DNA of 64,000 nt, taken from the NCBI GenBank assembly GCA_963822945.1, contig CAWGJO010000021.1, positions 96,001-160,000 of the forward strand, in the 5' to 3' direction. Source of the stretch: an uncultured Gemmatimonadaceae bacterium (GTDB lineage Bacteria; Gemmatimonadota; Gemmatimonadetes; Gemmatimonadales; Gemmatimonadaceae). The stretch's first letter is position 1. Each line of letters starts with the position of its first letter. The notes beneath the pieces are model-generated. The model did not search any database. It had not been told where the DNA came from and was given only the letters and a program-made list of their open reading frames with translations. Below, piece after piece: positions 1 through 11,215 of the stretch. The translations under genes and the position numbers were made by a program.

Positions 1-28
1 CCCCCTCCGATAGCCCCCGGGGACATCC

Positions 29-1311
29 ATGAGCAAGCGCGCAAAGTTGTCCGTTTTCGCTGTCATTCTGGTGGTGGTCGCCGGCATCGTAGGGTTGACC
101 ATCTCCCGGAAATCCAACGCCGGCGTGGAGGTCCGCATCGAGCCGGTGCAGCGAGCCAACCTGGTGGCGTCGGTGACGGCCAGCGGGCAGGTGAGCCCGC
201 ACACCAAGGTCAACGTCAGCTCCGACGTCTCGGGCAAGATCACGAAGCTCTCCGTGAAGGAGGGCGACATGGTGAAGCAGGGGCAGTTCCTGCTCCAGAT
301 CGACCCGTCCAACGCCCAGGCCACCGTGAAGCAGTGGGAGGCCAACGTGGCCTCCGCCCGGGCTCAGAATGAACAGGCAAGGGCCAACCTGATGCAGGCC
401 CAGAGCGCCTACCAGCGCAGCACGGAGTTGCAGAAGGCCAACGCCCAATTCGTGACCCCCGAGCAGATGGAGCAGCTCAAGACGGCCGTGGACGTCAACC
501 AGGCGCTCGTCCAGTCGTCGGCCCACCAGGTGGATCAGGCGCTCGCCTCGCTCGACAATGCCCGGTCCTCGCTGGCCAAGACCACGATCTACGCCCCGAT
601 GTCGGGGCGCGTCACGCGGCTCAACGTGGAACAGGGTGAGACCGCGATTCAGGGCACCCTGAACAAGGATGCCGCGACGCTGCTCACGATCAGTGACATG
701 TCGGAACTGGAGACGAAGGTGAAGGTGGACGAGACCGACGTCTCCCGGATCGCCGTGGGTGATTCGGCCGTCGTCCAGATCGACGCCTTCCCCGACACCA
801 CGTTCCTGGGCCGCGTGACCGAGATCTCGAACAGCTCGGTGGCCGGCGCCTCCACCGCGGCCGCCAGCTCCGACCAGGCCGTCGACTACGAGGTGACCAT
901 CCGGCTGCTGAACGCCCCCAAGGACACCCGCCCCGACTTCTCGGCCACCGCCAAGGTGATCACGGCCACCCGCAACAACGTCCTCGCCATCCCGATCATC
1001 GCCCTCACCGTCCGCGAGAACCAGGCGCTGCAGAACGCCGATACGGCGGTCGGGCTGGGTCGCCCCAAACCGAAGGTCGAAGTGGGCAAGAAGGACGTCG
1101 AGGGGGTGTTCGTCGTCGGTGCGGACAACAAAGTGACCTTCCGCCCCGTAAAGGTAGGGATCGCAGGCGAGAAGGACTTCGAGGTCCTCGACGGCCTCAA
1201 GGAAGGCGAGCGCATCGTGGCCGGTACCTATCAGGCCATCCGTGATCTGAAGGACGGAATGGTGGTGCGGGAGACCAAGGTCGACACCAAGAAACCCCAG
1301 GACGGAACCAA

Positions 1312-1315
<4 letters not shown>
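29..1315 (+). CDS. Efflux RND/ABC periplasmic adaptor subunit (MacA/HlyD-like)
   Basis: N-terminal TM anchor, lipoyl-like halves ([17 protein letters not shown] / [10 protein letters not shown]), coiled coil, C-terminal GLKEGERIV; overlaps ATPase start (GTGA). Confidence 0.92.
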
Positions 1316-2109
<794 letters not shown>

Positions 2110-2195
2110 CAACTGCCGGCGCCTGCCGGTCCGGGGCGGCGGGGATCTTCTCCGCCGCCTCGTTAGCTTTCCGGGACCTCCTCGTCCAGCCATCC

Positions 2196-3437
2196 GTGCC
2201 CTTCTACGAAGCCATCCGCCTCGCCATCGCCCAGATCCGGGTGCAGAAGCTCAAGAGCTTCTTCACCGCCCTCGGTGTCATGATCGGGGTCATGTTCCTG
2301 ATCACGGTGGTCTCCATCGTGAGCGGCATGGGCAACTACATGCGGGACGACCTGCTGGGCAAGCTCATCGCGATCAATTCGTTCGAGCTGCGCCAGCGCC
2401 CCAACATCAGCGTCGGCGGGGTCACCGCGGCCGAGCGCCGCGCCTGGCGCCTGCGTCCGCGGATCTACAACTACGACGTCCCCCCGGTGGTGGCGTCGCT
2501 GGCTCCGGGCACGCTCTGGGCCAGCTACAGCGTCTCGGGCCTCACCGTGCAGTCGCGTTACGGCAGCCCGCGCCGCGTGACCGCCTACGGGGTGAGCTCG
2601 CAGTACTTCACGATCAAGCGCATGGACGTCGCGCTCGGGCGCCTGCCCTCGCCGCAGGAGTTCGCCCTCGGGAGCCCGGTCGTGGTGATCGGGAAGGACG
2701 TGCAGGACCACTTCTTCCCGAACCTCAACCCCCTCGGCCGCGAGATCCGCGTGGCCGGGATCCCGTACACCATCATCGGGGTGGCCGAAACGCAGGGGAG
2801 CGCGTTCGGCATGTCCTTCGACGGCTTCCTCGTCGCGCCCGACCGCTCGCCCATCAGCCGGCTGCTCAACCCGCACGGGGTGGTGGACGCCGTCACGGTG
2901 CAGTCGGCTACGGCCGCCGAGATCCCGGCTAACGAGGAGCGGGTACGCGAAGTGATGCGGGCCCGCCACGGGCTGCACCCCGCGGAACCCGATGACTTCG
3001 CCCTGCAGACGTCGGACTCGGCGCTCGCCTTCTGGAACAAGATCCAACACTACCTGGTACTGGCCGGCGTGGCGCTGCCGGCCATCGGGCTCGTCGTGGG
3101 CGCCATCGTGATCATGAACATCATGCTGGTGGCGGTGGCCGAGCGGACCCGCGAGATCGGCATCCGCAAGGCGCTCGGCGCCAAGCGCCGCGACATCCTC
3201 CGCCAGTTTCTCGTGGAGAGCGTCGTGCTGGCAGTGCTCGGCGCCGCACTCGGCGTCGCGCTGGGCTTCGGATTCGCCAAGTTCATTTCGGCGGTGAGCC
3301 CGATGCCGGCCGCGGTCGAACTCTGGTCGGTGGTCCTCGGCGTCTCGGTGGGGGCCGGCGTGGGAATCATAGCCGGGGTGTACCCGGCCAGCCGGGCCGC
3401 CCTGCTCGACCCCATCGCCGCCCTGCGGCAGGAGTAG
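2196..3437 (+). CDS. ABC transporter permease, MacB/FtsX family (pair 1, subunit A)
   Basis: TM1, large periplasmic domain, IMNIMLVAVAERTREIGIRKALGA, PASRAALLDPIAALR. Confidence 0.93.
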   Translation: MPFYEAIRLAIAQIRVQKLKSFFTALGVMIGVMFLITVVSIVSGMGNYMRDDLLGKLIAINSFELRQRPNISVGGVTAAERRAWRLRPRIYNYDVPPVVASLAPGTLWASYSVSGLTVQSRYGSPRRVTAYGVSSQYFTIKRMDVALGRLPSPQEFALGSPVVVIGKDVQDHFFPNLNPLGREIRVAGIPYTIIGVAETQGSAFGMSFDGFLVAPDRSPISRLLNPHGVVDAVTVQSATAAEIPANEERVREVMRARHGLHPAEPDDFALQTSDSALAFWNKIQHYLVLAGVALPAIGLVVGAIVIMNIMLVAVAERTREIGIRKALGAKRRDILRQFLVESVVLAVLGAALGVALGFGFAKFISAVSPMPAAVELWSVVLGVSVGAGVGIIAGVYPASRAALLDPIAALRQE

Positions 3438-3445
3438 GGAGCCCC

Positions 3446-4702
3446 ATGCGCGTACTCCTCGAGACCTGGGCGTTCAATCTGAAGGAAGGCGTGGGAATCG
3501 CCGTCGAGTCGATCCGCTCGAACAAGGTACGGGCCGGCCTCACCATTCTGGGCATCGCCGTCGGCGTCTTCGTGGTGGTCGTCATCTCGGCGTCCATTCA
3601 CGGCATCAACAACAGCGTGGCCAAGGACCTCGAGTCCGCCGGCCCCAAGACGTTCTTCCTGTCGCGATTCCCGATCACGTTCGAGGCGTGCGACGGCACC
3701 GACGCCACCTGCAAGTGGCGGCATAACCCGCCGCTCACGATGGCCGACCAGAAGGCCATCGACGCGTTGCCGGGGGTGCGCGCCGCGGGCGCCCGGCTCG
3801 ACATGTCGCTTCCGGTCAAGTACGCCGACCGCGATCTCAGCGCACCGTCGATCAGCGCCTTCACCTCCAACTGGGTCATCATCGACGGCGGTGGCGATCT
3901 CTATCCGGGGCGCAGCTGGACGCAGGCCGAAGCGAATGCGGGTGACCGGGTGATCGTGATCGACAGCATCATGGCGGCCCGCCTGTTCGACGCATCCGAT
4001 CCCATCGACAAATACATCCAGGTGCGCGGCGAGCAGTTCCGCGTGATCGGCATCTACCACTCCGGCGCGAGCTTCCTGGCCGGCGACGATCCGCACGGAT
4101 ACGTCCCCATCCAGACGGCGCTCCGCGTGCTCAACGCCGGCCGGCGGATGATCGGCATCTCCGTCGTCCCCCGCGAGGCCGTCTCGCGTGACGAGGCGGT
4201 GGACCAGGTCACCGCGCTGATGCGCCAGCGGCACGGGCTGCGCCCGGCCACCGACAACGACTTCGCCGTTATCACCCAGGACAAGCTGTTCGAGACGTAC
4301 AACAAGGTCTTCGGCATGTTCTTCCTGGTCATGCTCGTCCTGTCGGCCATCGGGCTCATCGTCGGCGGCGTGGGCGTGATCGCGATCATGATGATCAGCG
4401 TCACCGAGCGCACCCGGGAGATCGGGGTGCGCAAGGCGCTCGGCGCCACCCGGGCCACCATCCTCTGGCAGTTCCTGGTCGAGGCCATCACCCTCACCGG
4501 CATCGGGGCCGCGATCGGCCTGATCGTCGGAGTCCTGCTTTCGATGCTCGTGCGTGCCGCCACACCCATTCCGGCGTCGGTGCCGCCCTGGGCCATCGCG
4601 GCGGCCCTCGGCACCAGCGCATTCACCGGAATTCTGTTCGGACTGCTGCCGGCGGCGCGTGCCTCGCGGCTGGATCCCGTCGAGGCGCTGCGGTACGAAT
4701 AA
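3446..4702 (+). CDS. ABC transporter permease, MacB/FtsX family (pair 1, subunit B)
   Basis: GGVGVIAIMMISVTERTREIGVRKALGA; C-terminal LDPVEALRYE. Confidence 0.93.
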   Translation: MRVLLETWAFNLKEGVGIAVESIRSNKVRAGLTILGIAVGVFVVVVISASIHGINNSVAKDLESAGPKTFFLSRFPITFEACDGTDATCKWRHNPPLTMADQKAIDALPGVRAAGARLDMSLPVKYADRDLSAPSISAFTSNWVIIDGGGDLYPGRSWTQAEANAGDRVIVIDSIMAARLFDASDPIDKYIQVRGEQFRVIGIYHSGASFLAGDDPHGYVPIQTALRVLNAGRRMIGISVVPREAVSRDEAVDQVTALMRQRHGLRPATDNDFAVITQDKLFETYNKVFGMFFLVMLVLSAIGLIVGGVGVIAIMMISVTERTREIGVRKALGATRATILWQFLVEAITLTGIGAAIGLIVGVLLSMLVRAATPIPASVPPWAIAAALGTSAFTGILFGLLPAARASRLDPVEALRYE

Positions 4703-4954
4703 CCGCTGAATTCCGGAGCATTGGACTAGTCCGATAGCTGCCGCCCACGGGCGGCGCGCACGGGTGGAAACGCGCGAATCCGCGGCGGCGGCGATCCACC
4801 GATCCGGCCTTACGCCGTACCGGCCACTCGGTCATATTCTGGACGTGAGGCCGACGTCGACACCGGCCTCGCATGATGGGGTACCGTGTTGCCCCTCATC
4901 CAGGCGCACGCAGTACCGAGATCGATCATTCCGGCGACAGAGGAGGCGGAGCGT

Positions 4955-5842
4955 ATGAGGCGGGACCGTCTGCTGCGCAAAGGCATGACGTGCGCGGGGG
5001 TGCTCCTCGTACTCGGGGCGGCAAGTCCCGCCGGCGCGCAGAGCGTCGACAGCCTGCGCGCGCGATTCCGGCTCCCCCCGACCCCCGCTGCGGCGCGCCC
5101 TCCGCAGGACTTCGCGCGCTCCGCCCCGGGCAGCAGCGAGAGTTCCCCGTCGGCGTTCGGAGCCAGCTTCGGCGACGGCTTCGTCGGTCTCAGCTACCAG
5201 GCCAGCCTTCGCCACGACGCGAAGATCCAGGACGGCGCGGCATTCGGAGGATTCGGCCTCGGCGATCCCGTGAACGCGGTCGGACTGGAGGTCACGGTGA
5301 CCTCGTACTCCACCCTCCGGAACTCACAGACGCAGCAGACGGGATTCAACTTCATGCGCGTGGGTGGCGTGAGTGCAATGCTGCACCGCCGGCTGCCCGG
5401 CAATTTTGCCATCGCCGTGGGAGCGGAGAACGCACTCCAGTGGGGCACTGGAGGGGACGGCGGGTCGGACATCTACGGCGTGGTTTCCACCGTGCAGCAA
5501 CTCACCACCAACCCCGCCGGTCCGTTCGGCAGCATCACGCTGAATGCGGGGCTGGGAACCGGCCGGTTCCGCCCCTGGATTGGCGACGCATCCAGCGGAC
5601 ATCCGGACACCACGGGCGTCGGCATCTTCGCAAGTGGCGGGCTCCGCCTCGCCTCGAGCACGTCGCTGATCGCGGACTTCAGCGGACAGGATCTCGCCGT
5701 CGGTCTGTCGGTCGCCCCGTTTCCCAATTTTCCGATCGTCTTCAATCCGGCGATGGCCGACGTGTTGGGCCGTGCAAATCCGACAGCGCGATTCGTGTTC
5801 GGTGTCGGGTACGGCTTCCGCTTCTCGCAGTTCTTTCGCTAA
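4955..5842 (+). CDS. Hypothetical exported protein, probable outer-membrane beta-barrel
   Basis: GGAGG before ATG 4955, signal-peptide-like N-terminus (AGA-Q), Gly/aromatic alternating strands, C-terminal FVFGVGYGFRF. Confidence 0.65.
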   Translation: MRRDRLLRKGMTCAGVLLVLGAASPAGAQSVDSLRARFRLPPTPAAARPPQDFARSAPGSSESSPSAFGASFGDGFVGLSYQASLRHDAKIQDGAAFGGFGLGDPVNAVGLEVTVTSYSTLRNSQTQQTGFNFMRVGGVSAMLHRRLPGNFAIAVGAENALQWGTGGDGGSDIYGVVSTVQQLTTNPAGPFGSITLNAGLGTGRFRPWIGDASSGHPDTTGVGIFASGGLRLASSTSLIADFSGQDLAVGLSVAPFPNFPIVFNPAMADVLGRANPTARFVFGVGYGFRFSQFFR

Positions 5843-5860
5843 CCCGCATCGAGACCGAGC

Positions 5861-7177
5861 ATGATGGCGACGCGAACGCTGGTCTTCACCGGAACGATCC
5901 TGGGGCTCTGCATGGCCGGTGGCGCCGCCAACGCCCAGCGGGGTGCCGTGTCCGACTTTTCCGGTGCCGGCGTCGCCAGTTCTGCATTCATGGGGGCATT
6001 TCATCCTCGAGCCGCCGGCCAGGCCCGCAATACGGCGCTTTCGGCGTTCGCCGTGCGGGCGTTCGCGTTCAAGCTCGGATCGTCGCTGAACAGTGGAACG
6101 GTGGCGGGGGGCGGCCTCACCACGTCGGGGTTCGGTGTTCAGGCGCTGGGGCAACTCCTGTCCACCGCGGAGCCGGCCCCCGCGGTACGCCGGAAGATCG
6201 CCGACGCCCTACGCCCCAGCGGTGCGCTGCCCGCGCAGATCGACCGGCTGTTGGCGGCCCTCACGGGCCTTCTGGCCACGCCGGCGGCGGGGCCGGTGGA
6301 AGCGGGACCGCGATCCGGATTGCGGCCTGACCGAATCCCGCTGGCAGGGGCCGGCGGCCCCTCGGGCTCAGCCGCCGGCGACGACGATTCCGGACGTCCC
6401 CGGCCGGCCGCCCGCGGGTCGTCCCCGACGGCGCCGCTGTCGAGCGACCCGTCGTCGGTGGCCGTCCAGCGGGCCGCCGCCGCCTTCCGGGACTTCGTGA
6501 ACAGTGCCAGCGCGCAGTACCTCAGCGACCCGCCCGAGGAGTTCCGCGCCATATTCTCCACGCTGTTCGAACTCATCTGCAGCGAGAACGCGGCGTCCGG
6601 GATCAAAGCCACCGCGTGCACGCCACCGAACTACGTGGTCGACCAGCCGCCGCCCGTTCCCCTGGTCAACCGGGACAGCATCGCCGCCGCCGTGCGCGAC
6701 AGCGCCGCCGCCGCGGCGAAGGCGCGCGCCGACTCCTCGGCGGCAGCCGCCGCCCGGGCCCATGCCGACTCCGTCGCGATCGCGACGCGTCGCATGGAAA
6801 CGGAACGCGCTCGGGCCGTGATCGAGACCAAAGTGTTCTTCGACGCCGACCAGTTCGCGCTCGACGCCGATGCCAAGGCGGCCCTGGATGCGAAGATCCC
6901 CGTCCTGAAGGCGAATCCGAACCTCCGCGTCCGGGTCGAGGGCAACGTGGACCCGCAGGAGTCGGGCGCGTTCAACCACCTGCTCGGCAAGTTCCGCGCG
7001 GAACAGGCCCGGAGCTATCTGATTGCCCACGGCGTCGGCGTCAATCGCATCGACATCGTGGACCACGGCGCGTCCCATCCCGTCTGCACCGACCGGCGGG
7101 AGTCGTGCCGGTCGCGCAACCGCCGGGACGACTTCGTCATCGTCGCCGGCGGCGCCCAAATGACGCTCCCGCAATAA
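5861..7177 (+). CDS. Exported protein with helical N-terminal region and C-terminal OmpA/Pal-like peptidoglycan-binding domain
   Basis: Signal peptide (ANA-Q); C-terminal VFFDAD...RVEGNVD...NHLLGKFRA...SRNRRDDF matches OmpA_C/Pal. Confidence 0.85.
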   Translation: MMATRTLVFTGTILGLCMAGGAANAQRGAVSDFSGAGVASSAFMGAFHPRAAGQARNTALSAFAVRAFAFKLGSSLNSGTVAGGGLTTSGFGVQALGQLLSTAEPAPAVRRKIADALRPSGALPAQIDRLLAALTGLLATPAAGPVEAGPRSGLRPDRIPLAGAGGPSGSAAGDDDSGRPRPAARGSSPTAPLSSDPSSVAVQRAAAAFRDFVNSASAQYLSDPPEEFRAIFSTLFELICSENAASGIKATACTPPNYVVDQPPPVPLVNRDSIAAAVRDSAAAAAKARADSSAAAAARAHADSVAIATRRMETERARAVIETKVFFDADQFALDADAKAALDAKIPVLKANPNLRVRVEGNVDPQESGAFNHLLGKFRAEQARSYLIAHGVGVNRIDIVDHGASHPVCTDRRESCRSRNRRDDFVIVAGGAQMTLPQ

Positions 7178-7265
7178 CACCGGCGGCCGCGGCCGCCCCG
7201 ATTGACACCTGGCAGGACGCCCGTCCGTAGGGGGAGCATCGACTCACTCCCAGCCGTGGGGCGCC

Positions 7266-8510
7266 GTGCAATTCTTTGAATCCATCCGTCTGGCCATCGC
7301 CCAGATCCGGGTCCAGAAGCTGAAGAGTTTCTTCACGCTGCTCGGCGTGATGATCAGCGTGACCTTCCTGATCGCGGTCGTCTCGATCGTGCAGGGAATG
7401 AGCGTCTACGTCGAGCAGGACTTCGCCGGCAAGTTTCTGGGAATCAACACCTTCAACCTCCGTCCGTACCCCGACATCCAAACGGGGAACGTCACGGATG
7501 CCGAGTGGAAGGAGTGGCAGGAACGGCCGAAGATCTCGGTCAGCGATGGCCTGGCCGTGAAGGCCGCCCTGCCCGACGGGGCGCGTTGGGCGCTGCAGGA
7601 CATCCGGTGGATGAACGTCAGCTCCCAGTACGCCAGCGGTGGGGCCCAGGTGCTCGCCGAAGCGGTCTCTCCCCAGTTCTTCGTGATCAAGGATCTCCAG
7701 ATCGTCGAGGGACGGGCCTTCACGGAGGAGGAGGACGCCCTCGGCGCGAACGTCGCGGTGATCGGGGACGCACTGGCCAAGGAGTACTTCCCCAACCTCG
7801 ACCCGATCGGCCGGACGATCCGGATCGGCCGCTTTCCGTTCGAGGTGATCGGCGTGCTGGCCCACCAGGGAACGGTGTTCGGGCTCAACCTCGACCGCCA
7901 GGTCCAGGCGCCCTTCAATTCCGAGCTCTCGCGGGTGACGGGCGGCCGCCGGAATCTGTACGGCGTGCTGGTGCAGTCCCCCACGGCCGACACGTACCAA
8001 CCGATTGAAGAGCTGGTGCGCGAGGTCATGCGCCGGCGGCACCAACTCCACCCGGCGCAGAAGGACAACTTCGTGTTGGAGAGTTCCGCGTCGGCGCTGG
8101 CCCAGTGGGAGACGATCAAGAAGTACCTCGTGCTGGCCGGCATCGTACTCCCGGCCATCGGTCTCGTGGTGGGCGCCATCGTGATCATGAACATCATGCT
8201 GGTGGCGGTGGCCGAGCGCACGCGCGAAATCGGCATTCGCAAGTCGCTCGGCGCGCGCCGCCGCGACATCCTGTCGCAATTCCTGGTGGAGAGCGCCACG
8301 CTGAGCGCCTTGGGTGCGCTCATGGGGGTGGGGCTCGGCATCGGACTGGCCAAGCTCGTCGCGCTGGTGTCGCCGCTGCCGGCCGCCGTGGCGCCCTGGT
8401 CCATCGCCCTCGCCGTGGGCGTGGGCGCCGGAGTCGGCATCATCGCCGGCGCCTATCCGGCCAGCCGTGCCTCGCGACTCGACCCCATTCTCGCCATCCG
8501 CACCGACTGA
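7266..8510 (+). CDS. ABC transporter permease, MacB/FtsX family (pair 2, subunit A)
   Basis: Close paralog of 2196..3437 (IRLAIAQIRVQKLKSFFT; IMNIMLVAVAERTREIG). Confidence 0.93.
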   Translation: MQFFESIRLAIAQIRVQKLKSFFTLLGVMISVTFLIAVVSIVQGMSVYVEQDFAGKFLGINTFNLRPYPDIQTGNVTDAEWKEWQERPKISVSDGLAVKAALPDGARWALQDIRWMNVSSQYASGGAQVLAEAVSPQFFVIKDLQIVEGRAFTEEEDALGANVAVIGDALAKEYFPNLDPIGRTIRIGRFPFEVIGVLAHQGTVFGLNLDRQVQAPFNSELSRVTGGRRNLYGVLVQSPTADTYQPIEELVREVMRRRHQLHPAQKDNFVLESSASALAQWETIKKYLVLAGIVLPAIGLVVGAIVIMNIMLVAVAERTREIGIRKSLGARRRDILSQFLVESATLSALGALMGVGLGIGLAKLVALVSPLPAAVAPWSIALAVGVGAGVGIIAGAYPASRASRLDPILAIRTD

Positions 8511-8511
8511 C

Positions 8512-9765
8512 ATGAAGAACATCGTCGCCAGAGTCTCGGCTCTCTTCGAGGGCATCCTGATGGCCCTCGACTCGATCCGCTCCAACCGGGTGCGAGCCGG
8601 GCTCACCATTCTCGGCATCGCCGTCGGCGTGTTCGTGGTCACGGTCATGTCGGCCGCGGTTCACGGCATCAACGCCGGCGTGTCCAAGAGCATCGCCGCC
8701 GCTGGGCCGAACACCTTCTTCATCACGCGCTGGCCCGCGCAGATCAACAGCTGCACCGGGTCGGCCGATTCCTGTCCCTGGCGGCATAATCCGTCGCTCA
8801 CCCTGGCCCAGGCCAAGTTGATCGCGGCCCTGCCCGACGTACAGGAAGTGACGGCCCACGTGGGGAGCAACGCCGGCATCAAGTTCGCCGACCGCGAACT
8901 GAACGGCGTGAGCGTGAATGCCTACACGCCCGGCTGGTTCGACGTGTCGGGCGGCGACATCTCGCAGGGCCGCGACTTCACGCCTCAGGAGAACGACGCC
9001 GGCGCGGCGGTCGCCCTGGTGAATACCAAGATCGTCGACCGTCTCGCCCTGGGGGCCGACCCGGTCGGGAAGCACGTGCGCCTGGGTGGCCAGGACTTCA
9101 CGATCATCGGCGTCTACAACCCGATTCCCAACGCCTTCGCCAGCGGGGACAACGGGCTCGTCGTGGTCCCGATTCTCACGGCATACCGCCGGCTGAACTT
9201 CAGCCTGCGGTGGTTGGACCTGACCGTGAAACCCGTGGCCGGCGCGAATCGCGACGCGGCCATGGACCAGGTGATCGCGCAGTTGCGCGTCAACCGCCAT
9301 CTCCGCCCGGCCACGGAGAACGACTTCTTCGTTTCGACGCCGGAGAAGATCATGGAGCTGTACAACAAGATCGTCGGCGTGTTCTTCCTGGTGATGATCA
9401 CCCTCTCCGCCATCGGCCTGTTGGTGGGCGGCGTGGGCGTGGTGGCGATCATGATGATCAGTGTCACCGAGCGCACGCGGGAGATCGGGGTGCGGAAGGC
9501 GATGGGGGCCACGCGCGGCGTGATCCTCTGGCAGTTCCTCGTCGAGGCCGCCACCCTCACCACGCTCGGCGCCATCGTGGGGCTGGCGGTGGGCGGCGGG
9601 CTCACGTACATCGTCCGCCACGCCACCCCGATCGACGCCACGACCCCCCCGGTGGCAATCCTGATCGCATTACTCGGGAGCGCCTTCGCGGGCATGGTAT
9701 TCGGCATGCTCCCCGCGGCCCGGGCGGCGAGCCTGGATCCAGTGGAAGCGCTGCGATACGAATGA
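8512..9765 (+). CDS. ABC transporter permease, MacB/FtsX family (pair 2, subunit B)
   Basis: ATG 8512 just after the upstream stop (MKNIVARV); paralog of 3446..4702; ends LDPVEALRYE. Confidence 0.93.
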   Translation: MKNIVARVSALFEGILMALDSIRSNRVRAGLTILGIAVGVFVVTVMSAAVHGINAGVSKSIAAAGPNTFFITRWPAQINSCTGSADSCPWRHNPSLTLAQAKLIAALPDVQEVTAHVGSNAGIKFADRELNGVSVNAYTPGWFDVSGGDISQGRDFTPQENDAGAAVALVNTKIVDRLALGADPVGKHVRLGGQDFTIIGVYNPIPNAFASGDNGLVVVPILTAYRRLNFSLRWLDLTVKPVAGANRDAAMDQVIAQLRVNRHLRPATENDFFVSTPEKIMELYNKIVGVFFLVMITLSAIGLLVGGVGVVAIMMISVTERTREIGVRKAMGATRGVILWQFLVEAATLTTLGAIVGLAVGGGLTYIVRHATPIDATTPPVAILIALLGSAFAGMVFGMLPAARAASLDPVEALRYE

Positions 9766-9773
9766 CGGTGGGA

Positions 9774-9820
9774 CGGTAGGTCGGTAGGTCGGTAGGTCGG
9801 TAGGTCGGTAGGTCGGTAGA
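9774..9820. repeat. Tandem 8-mer repeat (CGGTAGGT)x5 plus partial copy
   Basis: Read directly; intergenic, just downstream of the permease stop. Confidence 0.95.
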
Positions 9821-9867
9821 ACCGTAACGGCGCATTTGCAGTCAGCAGACGGCTGTCGGCTGACCGC

Positions 9868-9924
9868 CCACAGCCTGTCGTAGCCGTTGCGTCGTTCCAC
9901 AGCCTGTCGTAGCCGTTGCGTCGT
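9868..9924. repeat. 28-bp direct repeat CCACAGCCTGTCGTAGCCGTTGCGTCGT, two copies, period 29
   Basis: Identical copies at 9868-9895 and 9897-9924. Confidence 0.9.
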
Positions 9925-9964
9925 ATCCCATTCGTCCCTTCCCCGCGGCGTAGTAGCTTTAGTG

Positions 9965-11206
9965 ATGCGCTTCGCCGACGTGCTGCTGACGGCGCTCACG
10001 CAGATCCGGGTGAGCAAGCTGCGCTCGTTCTTCACGCTCCTCGGGATCGTGGTGAGCGTCGCGTTTCTGGTGGCGGTCGTCGCCATCATCCAGGGCATGA
10101 ACGCGTACGTGAAGGAGAACATCGCCGACAACATGGTCGGCGCCAACTCGTTCATGGTCCGGCGCGACCCCATCCAGATCGGACTGATCTCCGACGAGGA
10201 GATGGAGCGGGCCCGCCGGCGCCCCGCCATCACGATGGCCGATGCGGAGGCCGTCGCGGCGGCGCTCCCCGATGCCGAAGCGGTCGGGCTGACCTCCGGA
10301 TACCCGACGCCGCGCTCCGACGTCATCTGGCGCGACCGGACGCTGGGAAGCGTCCTGGTTTTCGGCATCACGCCGCCGTATCAGACGGTGCAGGACTACC
10401 GGTTCACCGCCGGCCAGCCGATCAACGAAATCGATGTCCGCGAGCGGCGATCCGTGATCGCGATCGGAGCGGACGTCGCCAAGAACCTGTTCGCCGGCGT
10501 CTCGCCCGTGGGCCAGACCGTTCGCATCCGCGGCGAGCAGTTCACGGTGGTGGGCGTGATCGCGCCCAAGGGCAGCGTACTCGGGCAGTCGTTCGACGGC
10601 TTTGCGCTGATGCCGATCACGACCTTCGAATCGGTGTACGGCCGGCGCAAGACCACGCAGGTCTCGGTGAAGATGGCCACCGCCGCCGGCATCGAACGCG
10701 GGATGCAGGAGGCCGAGGCTGCGATGCGGGTGGCCCACCATCTGCGCCCGGGCCAGCCCGACGACTTCTCGGTAGAGACCTCCGAGGCGTTCGTCGCCTT
10801 CTGGAAGAAGCTGACCGCCGTGCTGTTCGCGGTCGTCCCGGCCGTCGTGGCCATCGGCATCGTGGTCGGCGGCATCGTGATCATGAACATCATGCTGATG
10901 GCCGTGCGGGAGCGCACGCACGAGATCGGAATCCGCAAATCGGTGGGTGCCACCCAGCGCGACATTCGCCAGCAGTTCCTGGCCGAGGCGATCATGCTGG
11001 CCACGCTCGGCGGCGCCCTGGGCGCGGCCGCCGGATTCATGTTCGCGCAGGCGATCACCATCGTCTCCCCCCTGCCCGCGCGGGTCACGCTCTGGTCGGT
11101 GGGTTTGGCCCTCGCCCTCGGCGCCGGCGTGGGCGTGATCTTCGGTGTGTATCCGGCCGTGCGCGCCGCCCGGCTGGATCCGGTGGCCGCCCTCCACGCC
11201 GACTGA
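9965..11206 (+). CDS. ABC transporter permease, MacB/FtsX family (pair 3, subunit A)
   Basis: MRFADVLLTALTQIRVSKLRSFFT; IVIMNIMLMAVRERTHEIGIRK. Confidence 0.93.
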   Translation: MRFADVLLTALTQIRVSKLRSFFTLLGIVVSVAFLVAVVAIIQGMNAYVKENIADNMVGANSFMVRRDPIQIGLISDEEMERARRRPAITMADAEAVAAALPDAEAVGLTSGYPTPRSDVIWRDRTLGSVLVFGITPPYQTVQDYRFTAGQPINEIDVRERRSVIAIGADVAKNLFAGVSPVGQTVRIRGEQFTVVGVIAPKGSVLGQSFDGFALMPITTFESVYGRRKTTQVSVKMATAAGIERGMQEAEAAMRVAHHLRPGQPDDFSVETSEAFVAFWKKLTAVLFAVVPAVVAIGIVVGGIVIMNIMLMAVRERTHEIGIRKSVGATQRDIRQQFLAEAIMLATLGGALGAAAGFMFAQAITIVSPLPARVTLWSVGLALALGAGVGVIFGVYPAVRAARLDPVAALHAD

Positions 11207-11215
11207 CGGCTGCCG

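Noticed and set aside
9774..9924. Possible CRISPR array
   Set aside because: Tandem copies without unique spacers, only two 28-bp copies, and no cas genes
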